DNA of 64,000 bases from Chryseotalea sanaruensis (GCF_003990915.1 NZ_BHXQ01000001.1:177402-241401), one strand, 5' to 3'. Shown: positions 9,687 to 19,767, counted from the first letter of the stretch. The notes: generated by a model not told the origin, from the sequence alone. Numbers and translations are program-made.

Positions 9687-10823
9687 ATGAAATATAAAAA
9701 GTTTAAGCAAATTGCCTCAATTATCATCTTAGGATCTTTAGGTGGTTTGGCTGGTCTTTTTCTGGCACGGCTGGGCTTGAAGACTGCGCATAGCACACCT
9801 CTGCCTGTAGTGCTCGCCATGGCTATTCTCTTTGTCCCCGCCTTCTTTTTTGTGGTGGCTGTTCATGAGGCGGGTCATGCCTGGGCTGGTATTAAAATGA
9901 ACTTTGACTTCCGCACTTATATTGTTGGTCCCCTCTTGTGGAACAAGGAACCTGATGGCTGGAAATTCAAGCGGAATAAAAACATAAATACTTCTGGAGG
10001 TCTGGTCATTTGTACGCCCAGGGGATCGCAAGAGCTAACCAAGCGCTTTTCTATATTCGCTGCCGGTGGCCCCATCGCAAGCCTGTTACTGGCGGTTGTA
10101 GCTTTTACTGCACATGCACTACTGAAAAGTGCAACTCCTCTGCCATTGGTACTTCACATTGTATCAAATCTATTATTGTTAATAGCCTATCTCTCTATCG
10201 CAATTTTTGTTATTACGGCCATTCCTTTGCATACCGGTGGCTTCTCTTCAGACGGAGCCCGTATACTTCGCCTGCAACGCGGTGGAGATACAGCACGCTT
10301 TGAAGTACTGCTTTTAAAAACCATCAGTGAAGGTATGGGAGGTACCCGCCCACTTCTTTTTAATGCAGATGAATTAGATGAAGCCAAACAACTTGCGGTA
10401 AAGCTGGAAGCACATATGGGACTTTATATTGATTATTTTCTTTACCAGCAGGCAGCAGATCAGGGTAATATTGAGAAAGCAGAAGCGCATTTGAAAGATT
10501 ACCTAGCACAAGTAGACGCGATACCCGAAGGACTAAGGGCTAGCGTCTGGATTGATGCAGCGTTTTTCTATGCTTATTACAAAAAAGATTTAGCCAAGGC
10601 GGAATCGTATTTTCAGCAATACAAACCTTCTCCAATGACAGGGCTCATGTCCGTGCATGCAGTAAGTGCTGCCATGGCATTCCTGAAGGAAGACTGGGTG
10701 AACGTACGCACACATTTCAATCATGCACAGGACGAAATGCCTAAAATGATGGATCAGGGAATGGCGCTTGTACTCCAGGAGAAGCTTAACCAAATGTTTG
10801 CAGCAATTCCTTATAAAGAGTAA
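9687..10823 (+). CDS. Polytopic membrane zinc metalloprotease, M50 (site-2 protease)-like, with soluble TPR-like C-terminal domain
   Basis: Intramembrane 'VAVHEAGHAW' HExxH. A second TM motif 'AIPLHTGGFSSDGARIL' resembles the M50 LDG motif. The C-terminal ~150 aa is soluble and helical. Confidence 0.5.
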   Translation: MKYKKFKQIASIIILGSLGGLAGLFLARLGLKTAHSTPLPVVLAMAILFVPAFFFVVAVHEAGHAWAGIKMNFDFRTYIVGPLLWNKEPDGWKFKRNKNINTSGGLVICTPRGSQELTKRFSIFAAGGPIASLLLAVVAFTAHALLKSATPLPLVLHIVSNLLLLIAYLSIAIFVITAIPLHTGGFSSDGARILRLQRGGDTARFEVLLLKTISEGMGGTRPLLFNADELDEAKQLAVKLEAHMGLYIDYFLYQQAADQGNIEKAEAHLKDYLAQVDAIPEGLRASVWIDAAFFYAYYKKDLAKAESYFQQYKPSPMTGLMSVHAVSAAMAFLKEDWVNVRTHFNHAQDEMPKMMDQGMALVLQEKLNQMFAAIPYKE

Positions 10824-10923
10824 TTAGCTGACCATTGAAATCAATTTTTTACTTTAACTTTTCTTCTTGTTCAGCTTAAACTACTAAGCAAAGTGGATGT
10901 TGAAGTAAAGAATAGATAAATTA

Positions 10924-11388
10924 ATGCCTGCATTTAAAGCATCAATAGAAATAATAGGCATCAACCCATTTGTGTTTGTACCTGAAAAAAATCTGACATC
11001 AAATTTTTAAAGCTGCAGATAAAGACAAAGGGCATATTCCCATTTGTGGTATGATTAAAGGTAAGCTTTACAACCAGACTTTGGTGAAATATAGTGGTCA
11101 TTGGCGATTGTACATAAACACCATCATGCTGAAAGATTCGCCCAAGCGCATTGATGAAATGATAAAAATAACCATTGAATTTAATAAAAGAATTGTACGA
11201 TAAAGCCACATCCTAAACTGGTGCAAGCGCTGCGTTCAAATAAGCAGGGGAAGCAAGTATTTGACACACTATCCCCATCAAGGCAAAAAGAGATTGTACG
11301 TTATATCTCTTCCTTAAAATCTGAAGCAAGTGTTGAGCTTAATGTAGATCGCGCCATTGGGTTTTTATTAGGTAAGAACGGTTTGTAG
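10924..11388 (+). pseudogene. DUF1905 + YdeI/OmdA-family gene disrupted by two compensating 1-nt frameshifts (+1 near 10996-10999, -1 near 11191-11197)
   Basis: Frame 1 gives 'MPAFKASIEIIGINPFVFVPEKNLTSNF*'. Frame 2 gives 'HQIFKAADKDKGHIPICGMIKGKLYNQTLVKYSGHWRLYINTIMLKDSPKRIDEMIKITIEFNKRIVR*'. Frame 1 again gives 'TIKPHPKLVQALRSNKQGKQVFDTLSPSRQKEIVRYISSLKSEASVELNVDRAIGFLLGKNGL*'. Together these reconstitute the ~154 aa fusion protein known from other Bacteroidota. No intact ORF of 60 aa or more remains. Confidence 0.6.
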
Positions 11389-11440
11389 GCAGTGATAAAC
11401 CATAGCACTGGTATCCTTCTTCGTGATATGTATTAACATA

Positions 11441-11743
11441 AACCGCAGAGTTCGCTGAGATTCGCAAAGAAGAGTTCAGAGCTCTACGAACCTTTGTGAT
11501 CTTCGCGGTTAGAAAGTTTTTTTCTTTTCAAGTATTGTCTCCCATTTCAGGGACGATGCGTACTGCAGTATCTTGATTAAACGGCAAAGCCGGCAGAGGT
11601 TAGCAAAGAAGAATGTATTGCTCTGCGACCTTCGCGCTCTTTGCGGTTAGGAAGAATTTTTCGTCTAATGCTGAAGTGTTTTAATCGCAGAGGTTGGAAA
11701 AGAAAAGTACAGAACCTTGCGAACCTTCGCGTCCTTTGTGGTT
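11441..11743. repeat. Three tandem copies (11441-11510, 11581-11648, 11682-11743) of a ~65-70 nt hairpin-forming repeat
   Basis: Each copy starts 'AA(C/T)CGCA(A/G)AG...' and ends '...GAACCTTCGCG(T/C)CCTTTG(C/T)GGTT'. R1 has a central AGAGCTCT palindrome. Periods are 140 and 101 bp. A fourth copy lies at 23271-23339. Confidence 0.5.
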
Positions 11744-11786
11744 ATAAAACAAAAAGCCCTTGCAATTCATTGAATTACAAGGGCTT
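11740..11786 (-). terminator. Rho-independent terminator of tRNA-Glu
   Basis: A 16-bp stem with one mismatch ('aagcccttgcaattca / tgaattacaagggctt'). On the minus strand it is followed by 'TTTTGTTTTAT'. Confidence 0.7.
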
Positions 11787-11800
11787 CGCACTATGGCTTG

Positions 11801-11872
11801 TAGTCCGTACGGGAATCGAACCCGTGTTACCAGAATGAAAATCTGGTGTCCTAACCCCTAGACGAACGGACC
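11801..11872 (-). tRNA. tRNA-Glu (anticodon TTC)
   Basis: Reverse complement is 'GGTCCGTTCGTCTAGGGGTTAGGACACCAGATTTTCATTCTGGTAACACGGGTTCGATTCCCGTACGGACTA'. Acceptor 7 bp, D-arm GTCT/GGAC, anticodon stem CCAGA/TCTGG with loop TTTTCAT, T-arm ACGGG/CCCGT with TTCGATT. CCA is not encoded. Confidence 0.9.
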
Positions 11873-11888
11873 GTGCTAAATGGGAGTG

Positions 11889-11919
11889 CAAAGATAGTTT
11901 TAGGCTTTTTATTTGCAAA
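11889..11919 (-). promoter_or_regulatory. Bacteroidota sigma-A type promoter for tRNA-Glu (TTTG-N19-TATCTTTG)
   Basis: Minus-strand sequence 'TTTGcaaataaaaagcctaaaacTATCTTTG' lies ~10 nt upstream of the tRNA 5' end and matches the TTTG / TAnnTTTG consensus. Confidence 0.45.
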
Positions 11920-12289
11920 CGCCAATTCGAAATTCTCTCACTTTTTTGCAAAAAAGATTAAAAAATCAAGAAACTTCCTTCAAACATATGATCTATCCCC
12001 ACAGTAGGTGTATCCAATATCATTTTAGACTTTAATATGAATCAAGTGTATTGCTCCCAGGCCGCATGGCCCCGCATACTCATTCAAGGCTGTATGCTAT
12101 CCGCGCATGCCCCGCCAGCATAATGCCTTGCCTGAGCATGCTGGAAGAAAGCATAGGAACATCCTATTGGCGATGTAATCAACAAAACGTAAATCCAATG
12201 CTACCTGAGTAATTAGGTCAGTTATTGAATCAATGCCGTTAATTAAGCCCCCTTGTTCAAACTCTCTGCTCGAGAGGATTGAAGGTGAG

Positions 12290-12324
12290 GCAAAAAAAAA
12301 AAGACTTCCCCTTGCGGGGAAGCC
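12290..12324 (-). terminator. Rho-independent terminator of groEL
   Basis: Perfect 7-bp stem 'cttcccc-ttgc-ggggaag'. On the minus strand it is followed by an 11-nt U-run. Confidence 0.75.
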
Positions 12325-12347
12325 TTTACTAGTTATAGGTCAACTGA

Positions 12348-14006
<1,659 letters not shown>

Positions 14007-14285
14007 TTAAATAGTACCGAAAATGTCAGAGTTACGCATGATCAGGTATTCTTTACCTTCAATGGTAATTTCTGTACCAGCATACTTCCCGTAAAGGATG
14101 TTGTCGCCAACTTTCACTGTTACTGGTTTGTCTTTTAAGCCATCGCCAACGGCTATAACTTTTCCTTTCTGGGGCTTCTCTTTAGCCGTGTCGGGAATGA
14201 TAATGCCAGAAGAGGTTTTTTCTTCTGCAGGAGCTGCTTCTACAAGCACTCTGTCTTCGTTGGGTTTGAAGTTAATTTTTGACAT
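14007..14285 (-). CDS. groS: Co-chaperonin GroES (10 kDa)
   Basis: 'PNEDRVLVEAAPAEEKTSSGIIIPDTAKEKPQKGKVIAVG' mobile-loop region. Sits 21 bp upstream of groEL. Confidence 0.95.
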   Translation of the reverse strand: MSKINFKPNEDRVLVEAAPAEEKTSSGIIIPDTAKEKPQKGKVIAVGDGLKDKPVTVKVGDNILYGKYAGTEITIEGKEYLIMRNSDIFGTI

Positions 14286-14321
14286 ATACGTACTGAATAA
14301 TTAAGTTGAAATATTAATATT

Positions 14322-14360
14322 ATGCTGGTGGCTTGTCAGATATTGTGCCACAGCCAGCAT
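14322..14360. promoter_or_regulatory. Imperfect inverted repeat in the groES upstream region (candidate heat-shock operator, not CIRCE)
   Basis: 'ATGCTGGTGGCttgtcagatattgtGCCACAGCCAGCAT'. The outer 7 bp are perfect. Confidence 0.25.
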
Positions 14361-14476
14361 AAACAGGAAAAAAGGACAATTTTTCCATTTTAAGCCTTTT
14401 TTATCGCTTTTAAAGATAGAAACATGTCAGGCGACCTGCTGGCTAATGGCAAGATGGCAGTAATCTCTTTCTGAAA

Positions 14477-15649
14477 TCAGGCCGGAATCACCTCTTTTTT
14501 GTCAGTAAACGACTTGAGATTAACTTCGGAAACTGCCTTTTCGACCTTTTTCTTGTTTCTGCGTCCCCACCAAATAAGCGTACCGGTAACGGGTAAAGAA
14601 GCCGCTATCAGGCTGGCAAAGAATGCCAACAGCTTACCTGCAAAACCCATAATAGCCCCAGTGTGAATATCGTAATTCATCCGAATCAGTTTGTCGGCAC
14701 CACTGGCTTTAGCACGCTTGCCATAGATTTGATTAACTTCTATTTCTGCTAAAGTATACTGATTGAAGAAACGATAATCTGCTTTCCAATAGGTAAGCCG
14801 ATCGGGATTGATGGTTGCTGCAATACTGCCTGTATCGCTTTCAGGAAAGTGTACTTCAAGAATTTCTGCTTTAGGGTTTTCCGCTTTAAGTTTTGCCCAG
14901 AGCACATCAACGGGTTGACTAACTGTAGGAGTAGTTTTGGCTGTTGATTGCTCTTCGTAGATCGCTGTTTTATCGCCACCCGCCAGTAGGTATACGCCAA
15001 CGCCAAACCATTGAAAGCCCCAGACTAATCCGGTTATGGCAAGTATCAGGGTGATGAACAAAGAGTAAAAACCAAATACGTTGTGTAGGTCATAATTCTT
15101 TCTACGCCAGCGCGCGTTCCACTTAATAGTAAATCGTTGTTTGGCTTTGTTTTTTTTAGGCCACCACAGCACAATGCCGGTTATAAGCATAATCAAAAAA
15201 ATTAGGCATGAAGTGGCCACCACAGGTTGTCCAATGGTCGGTGGTAACCATAAGTAATAATGGCCTTGCAGTACTTGGTAAAAAAAGTCATGCGACATAT
15301 TTTTTACCTTCAGTACTTCGCCTGTATAAGGGTTAATGTACACGAGGTAGTAGTAAAAGGGATCCAACTCATAGAAGCTTACAAAAGCAGCTCTTGTTGT
15401 TCCTTCATACTGCACACCATGAATTTTCTTGCCTGGCAATTTTGCTTCAGCTATGTCTTTTAGCATAGAAGGGGGTAAGAATGCTGTATGTTGTTCAACT
15501 ACATGCCTGTAATCTTGTGTGAGTTCCTGTAAGTCATATTGAAATGCATATATACATCCTGTAATAGAGACAATAAAAACCACTAGCCCGGACGTTAGTC
15601 CGAGCCAGAGGTGAAGTTTGCCAGCAATCTTTTTAAAACTAAACTGCAT
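14477..15649 (-). CDS. PepSY-associated TM helix membrane protein (PiuB-like), partner of the TonB-dependent receptor
   Basis: Starts 'MQFSFKKIAGKLHLWLGLTSGLVVFIVSITGCIYAF'. Four TM segments with PepSY-TM-like architecture. Lies downstream of the TonB receptor gene. Confidence 0.7.
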   Translation of the reverse strand: MQFSFKKIAGKLHLWLGLTSGLVVFIVSITGCIYAFQYDLQELTQDYRHVVEQHTAFLPPSMLKDIAEAKLPGKKIHGVQYEGTTRAAFVSFYELDPFYYYLVYINPYTGEVLKVKNMSHDFFYQVLQGHYYLWLPPTIGQPVVATSCLIFLIMLITGIVLWWPKKNKAKQRFTIKWNARWRRKNYDLHNVFGFYSLFITLILAITGLVWGFQWFGVGVYLLAGGDKTAIYEEQSTAKTTPTVSQPVDVLWAKLKAENPKAEILEVHFPESDTGSIAATINPDRLTYWKADYRFFNQYTLAEIEVNQIYGKRAKASGADKLIRMNYDIHTGAIMGFAGKLLAFFASLIAASLPVTGTLIWWGRRNKKKVEKAVSEVNLKSFTDKKEVIPA

Positions 15650-15697
15650 TATGTTTTATTAAATCAATTGTGTAAGTAAAATTTGGCACTTTAAGTA

Positions 15698-15787
15698 ACC
15701 ACCTGATTTTCTTGATTCTCCTATCTCTCTCTAAAGGAGAGAGATAGGAGTGAGGCCAATTAAAAATGCATCAAGAAAATCAAGTGG
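15698..15787. repeat. Nested inverted repeats between the TonB receptor and PepSY genes
   Basis: Outer arms are 'ccacctgattttcttgat' and 'atcaagaaaatcaagtgg' (18 bp, 1 mismatch). They enclose a perfect palindrome 'CTCCTATCTCTCTC-taaag-GAGAGAGATAGGAG' (15718-15750). Confidence 0.5.
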
Positions 15788-15821
15788 TTCATAATGGTTT
15801 TACTTTTTAGTCGAACACCAT

Positions 15822-18197
15822 TTAAAACTTGTAGTTAAGACTTAGTGAAATGTTGCGCAGGTTTTGTGGTGTCACAGTTGACCAACCGGAGTAGTATTGC
15901 TTGTCAGTTAAATTATTTACTTTCAGAATGATGCCGTACTTATCGCCTGTATAGGAAAGTGCTGCATTAAGTACAGTATATTCGGGTAACACAAACGTTC
16001 CTGTATTCGCTCTGTTTAATGTCTTATGATCACTGGCATAATTACCACCCAATCCAAAGCCCAGACCTTTAACAGCAGTGTTGCTGAATGTATAATTCAA
16101 CCAGAAGTTTGCCAATTGAGCAGGGCCAGCCTCTTCAGGGCGCAAGCCAATGTAACCGTCACCGGGATTGTCTTTAACTATCTCACTGTCGTTATTGCTA
16201 AAACCTGCAATTATGTTTAAACCTTCAATTGGATTGGCAATAAGACTTACTTCAAATCCTGTACTTTGTGCTTCACCACCTTGTATAGAATTGTTTTGGT
16301 TATTCGGATCAACCATTACTCTATTTTTCACAGCAATGTTGTAATACGAAGCAGTGGCAGATAGTTTCCCATTGAGTAGATTACTTTTTACACCAAATTC
16401 ATATTGGTTGGCTTGTTCAGGATCAAAAGTGACCAGGCGTGGGTTGCTTCCGTCTATATCGGCAATTTGAGTAGGCCCTACGTTGGTAAATCCATTCAAG
16501 TAATTACCAAAAACTGATAATTTTTCAGGTAGTACCTGATAAACAATACCAAACTTCGGAGAGAAAGCACTTTGATCTTTCACATCATCCGTTGCATAGT
16601 ACGATGTCTTGCCACCAAACTGATCAAAACGTATGCTGGCTAAAACTGACAGGGCAGGGGTGATGTTGATTACATCCGATACATAAGCACTTATTACTTC
16701 ACTTTCGGCAGTAGATACACCTTCGCTTGAACCTGCCACCAGATTATCCACAGCTGCTTTGGTAAGAATACCGGTATCAACTCCATCGGCCAGGGTAACT
16801 GTACCTCCCAACAACCACCCGGTGCTAGCGTTGTGAATGGCTGAGCTGAAGTAGTCGAAGCCAATCAATACTTTGTTTTCAATATTGCCGATAGAAAAAT
16901 TGCCAATGAAATTTTGCTGAATGTCAGTGGTATTGGTTTCACCGTTGCGTTTAGAAATGTAGCGACCAAAAGTATTGCCGTCACTGAAATCCCATAAGTA
17001 ATGGTAATAACCATCTGTCTTGGCTGAGCTTCTGGATATTACGGTTTGAGATGTCCATGCATCAGAGAGTTTATACAACGCCTGTGCCTGCAGACCTACC
17101 GTTGGATTTTTGATGGACAAATCGTTGCTGGTGAAAGAACGTGAATAGTATTTTTCAAAGATGTCCAGCGAGGTGAAAGACAAGGCTGAATAGCGGCTTA
17201 GAAATAGCATAGCAGGGTTTGCTGCCTCTGCATTCATAAACTCTGTATTAATCAGGAAGGTTAGTTTTTCATTAGCCTTAAACTTGAAGGAAGGTGCTAT
17301 GAAAATTGACTTTTTAAAACCGGCATCCTGAAAAGAGTTTTCGCTGTGGTATGCAGTGTTAATGCGTGCAAAAGCCTGTTCACTTAAAGGCAGATTGACA
17401 TCCGCAGTGAAACGGTTTAGGGCATTGCTTCCACTGATGTAGGTGAGTTCTCCTCCCAGACTTTCATACGGTCTTTTTGTGGTAACGTTGATCAGACCAC
17501 CATAGGAGATAAGGGGGCTTCCAAACAAAGTACCGGATGGACCTTTAATAACATCAATCGTTTCTATGTTTATTGGATCTAGTCCACCGTTGTTAACACT
17601 GGGCAAACCATTTACCATAGAAGGTTGTACAGCAAAGCCACGTAATGAAAAGAATTCGGCCCCATCACCACCACGTCCGGTAGATTCCCATAAGCGAGTA
17701 ATACCTGTAGCATTTTTTAAGGCATCATTGAAGTTAGTTACTACCTGATCAGCCAATATCTCTTTTGAAATGGAATTGTACACCTGGGGGTTCTCCAAAT
17801 CCTTTAAAGGTTGCTTGGCAACAATAGCATTGTCATTACGATAGTATTTGTTAATACGGGCATCGGTAACTGTTATTTCTGATAAAGCAGTTGCTGTTTC
17901 ATCTAAAGTAAAATTCACAAGGCTTACTTCGTTGGCTTTTACTTCAATACTTTGCTCTTGCTTTGAGGCACCCACAAAAGAGGCAACCAATTGATAGGTG
18001 CCGGGTTTAAGGTTGCTGATTAGAAAATTACCTTCTTTATCAGTAACTGATCCCTTGGCACTTCCTTTTACAGATATATTTACAAACTCTGCAGGCTTGC
18101 TATCTGCCGTTTTGATATTTCCTTTAATACTGCCGTTTTGAGCCATAATGCCAGCTGAAAACAGTGAAAAAGCTATAAATAGTATATTTCTTAACAT
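15822..18197 (-). CDS. TonB-dependent outer-membrane receptor with N-terminal carboxypeptidase-regulatory-like domain
   Basis: The ORF extends to 18236. The likely start is the Met of 'MLRNILFIAFSLFSAGIMAQ'. The 'GSIKGNI...KPGTYQL' fold is Cna-B/CarbopepD_reg-like. Has a plug domain, a 22-strand barrel and a terminal '...LSLNYKF'. Confidence 0.85.
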   Translation of the reverse strand: MLRNILFIAFSLFSAGIMAQNGSIKGNIKTADSKPAEFVNISVKGSAKGSVTDKEGNFLISNLKPGTYQLVASFVGASKQEQSIEVKANEVSLVNFTLDETATALSEITVTDARINKYYRNDNAIVAKQPLKDLENPQVYNSISKEILADQVVTNFNDALKNATGITRLWESTGRGGDGAEFFSLRGFAVQPSMVNGLPSVNNGGLDPINIETIDVIKGPSGTLFGSPLISYGGLINVTTKRPYESLGGELTYISGSNALNRFTADVNLPLSEQAFARINTAYHSENSFQDAGFKKSIFIAPSFKFKANEKLTFLINTEFMNAEAANPAMLFLSRYSALSFTSLDIFEKYYSRSFTSNDLSIKNPTVGLQAQALYKLSDAWTSQTVISRSSAKTDGYYHYLWDFSDGNTFGRYISKRNGETNTTDIQQNFIGNFSIGNIENKVLIGFDYFSSAIHNASTGWLLGGTVTLADGVDTGILTKAAVDNLVAGSSEGVSTAESEVISAYVSDVINITPALSVLASIRFDQFGGKTSYYATDDVKDQSAFSPKFGIVYQVLPEKLSVFGNYLNGFTNVGPTQIADIDGSNPRLVTFDPEQANQYEFGVKSNLLNGKLSATASYYNIAVKNRVMVDPNNQNNSIQGGEAQSTGFEVSLIANPIEGLNIIAGFSNNDSEIVKDNPGDGYIGLRPEEAGPAQLANFWLNYTFSNTAVKGLGFGLGGNYASDHKTLNRANTGTFVLPEYTVLNAALSYTGDKYGIILKVNNLTDKQYYSGWSTVTPQNLRNISLSLNYKF

Positions 18198-18274
18198 TTT
18201 GTTTAGATTAATTCTAAACAAAGGTAGGGTCTGCATAAGATCTCCGTCAATCGCTTGTTAGAGCTATTTTTCAT

Positions 18275-18292
18275 CTACCCTCTAGAGGGTAG
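18275..18292. promoter_or_regulatory. Perfect 18-bp palindrome CTACCCTCTAGAGGGTAG between the LuxR-type regulator and the TonB receptor gene (candidate operator)
   Basis: Perfect dyad symmetry. No flanking U-run on either strand, so it is unlikely to be an intrinsic terminator. Confidence 0.35.
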
Positions 18293-18316
18293 GTGTCTCA
18301 AGGTTGAATAATGTCA

Positions 18317-18964
18317 TTAATTTTTGAGCAAGCCAAGATCCATGGCCCTTACTACGAACTCTGTGGGTGATTTAATACTCAGCTTTTTAATGATGCTTTT
18401 GCGGTGTGTGTGCACCGTATGTGGACTCAAGTAAAGTAATTCTGCAACGGCCTGGGTCTGTTTACCCTTAGCAAGTAGTGCCAGTACTTCCTTTTCCCTG
18501 GCCGTTAATAATCCGTTTTCGACAGGCTCAATTGGCTGAACAAAGTGTTTATCCATAATGAGGTTGAGCACACTTTGACAATAGAACTTCTCGCCCTTAA
18601 GGCTGGCTTCAATAGCACGATGAACCTCTTGTTCGCTACAATCTTTGGTCACGTAAACAGCAGCACCAGTTTGCAAAGCATGTAAAATGAGTGACTTATC
18701 CTTTTCTGAAGAAAGTAAGAAAATGGATGTTTCAGGTGAATCAGTTGACAATCTTGCCAAAGCCTTCAGGCAAGCCTCACCACCGATACTGTAGTCGATT
18801 AGAAGTATATCAGGTTTATGTTGGATAAGAGCCTGGTCAAGCGCCTCATAACGCGTTACAGTGCCAACTAGCATTGCATCAGCGTGCTGATTGAGCAGGG
18901 CAATTGTACCTGCAAGAGTCAGGGCCTGCTTATCGGCAATCAGTACACGTTTTTTGGTCAGCAT
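18317..18964 (-). CDS. LuxR/NarL-family response regulator (receiver + HTH_LuxR)
   Basis: Receiver 'RVLIADKQALT...DILLIDYSIGGE'. C-terminal 'LTAREKEVLALLAKGKQTQAVAELLYLSPHTVHTHRKSIIKKL'. Confidence 0.75.
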   Translation of the reverse strand: MLTKKRVLIADKQALTLAGTIALLNQHADAMLVGTVTRYEALDQALIQHKPDILLIDYSIGGEACLKALARLSTDSPETSIFLLSSEKDKSLILHALQTGAAVYVTKDCSEQEVHRAIEASLKGEKFYCQSVLNLIMDKHFVQPIEPVENGLLTAREKEVLALLAKGKQTQAVAELLYLSPHTVHTHRKSIIKKLSIKSPTEFVVRAMDLGLLKN

Positions 18965-19053
18965 GAGGCCGCAAATATAATTTATTTAGACTTATTATAA
19001 ACAAGCTTATTCAATCGGCATTTTTATTATTTTAAGAGTCAAAATACAATCGT

Positions 19054-19767
19054 ATGAACTTATCAAAAGACTGGATTACGCAGGGACTGATTGACTTTGA
19101 GTATAAGAAGTACATGTTGTTAGCTTACCTGCAAAACGTTCGACAATCTTTCAGTAGGGTAGAGTTGTATCCCTATTTAGGCGACTTGGTGTTTCACTTC
19201 AGAAATCTACAGGAGTTAAAACGAACGAAGATGGTTTTTAAAGATGCTTTTCCTAAAGAACTTTCTATAGAGGATTTACAAAAGCTTGAATTGAGTTATA
19301 AACAATTAGTGGAGGATGATGCAATAATGGAAGAGTTGGAAGCCATTATTGATTATGCCTTGCCTCAATTTAAAAATTCATTGGATGAAGGCTCGCTTAT
19401 CTATGAACACGTAGAATCACAATGTGAATTGGCACCCATAGGAGTAACACCTTTATATGCCAATGAAGGTTATCTTTTTGTTAGTCAACCTCCAGAAAAA
19501 GAGACGGCCATTTATCGTTATCAGGTAAGCATTTTTGAAGATAGGCATGAACCCATGAGAAGCTTACAAACAATTTACCTCGAAACACAAATGAGGACGC
19601 TGGCAACAACATATGAGAATATGAAGTTGGATTTAGTTAAGCGCTTTAAAGACTTACCGAACCCTGCTACTTTTTTAGTAATTTCTAGGTCAAAGTTTCC
19701 CCAAAAAGAAACACTAATGCCCGTGGTGAAGCGCTTGTTTGTAAAGCACTTATCTAAAGTGGCGTAG
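19054..19767 (+). CDS. Hypothetical cytoplasmic protein, divergent from the LuxR-type regulator
   Basis: Clean 237 aa ORF with its own downstream terminator. No motif recognised. Confidence 0.45.
   Translation: MNLSKDWITQGLIDFEYKKYMLLAYLQNVRQSFSRVELYPYLGDLVFHFRNLQELKRTKMVFKDAFPKELSIEDLQKLELSYKQLVEDDAIMEELEAIIDYALPQFKNSLDEGSLIYEHVESQCELAPIGVTPLYANEGYLFVSQPPEKETAIYRYQVSIFEDRHEPMRSLQTIYLETQMRTLATTYENMKLDLVKRFKDLPNPATFLVISRSKFPQKETLMPVVKRLFVKHLSKVA

Noticed and set aside
10961-11209. Minus-strand 82 aa ORF from the track
   Set aside because: It is antisense to the frameshifted DUF1905/OmdA gene, whose three frame segments give strongly protein-like conserved sequence. The minus ORF is low-complexity and unrecognisable.
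12000-12290. Possible sRNA in the 350-bp gap between tRNA-Glu and groEL (pseudo-repeats 'CCGCATGGCCCCGC' / 'CCGCGCATGCCCCGCC')
   Set aside because: There are only two loose copies. No clear terminator or promoter is positioned for an RNA, and the evidence is too weak to call.
14286-14476. CIRCE / HrcA operator upstream of groES
   Set aside because: Searched for TTAGCACTC-N9-GAGTGCTAA and found nothing. Only an unrelated imperfect dyad is present.
15660-15690. Sigma-54 promoter-like 'TGGCAC' at 15667
   Set aside because: The downstream element is 'gtaac', not TTGC at -12. It is also on the strand opposite to the neighbouring genes.
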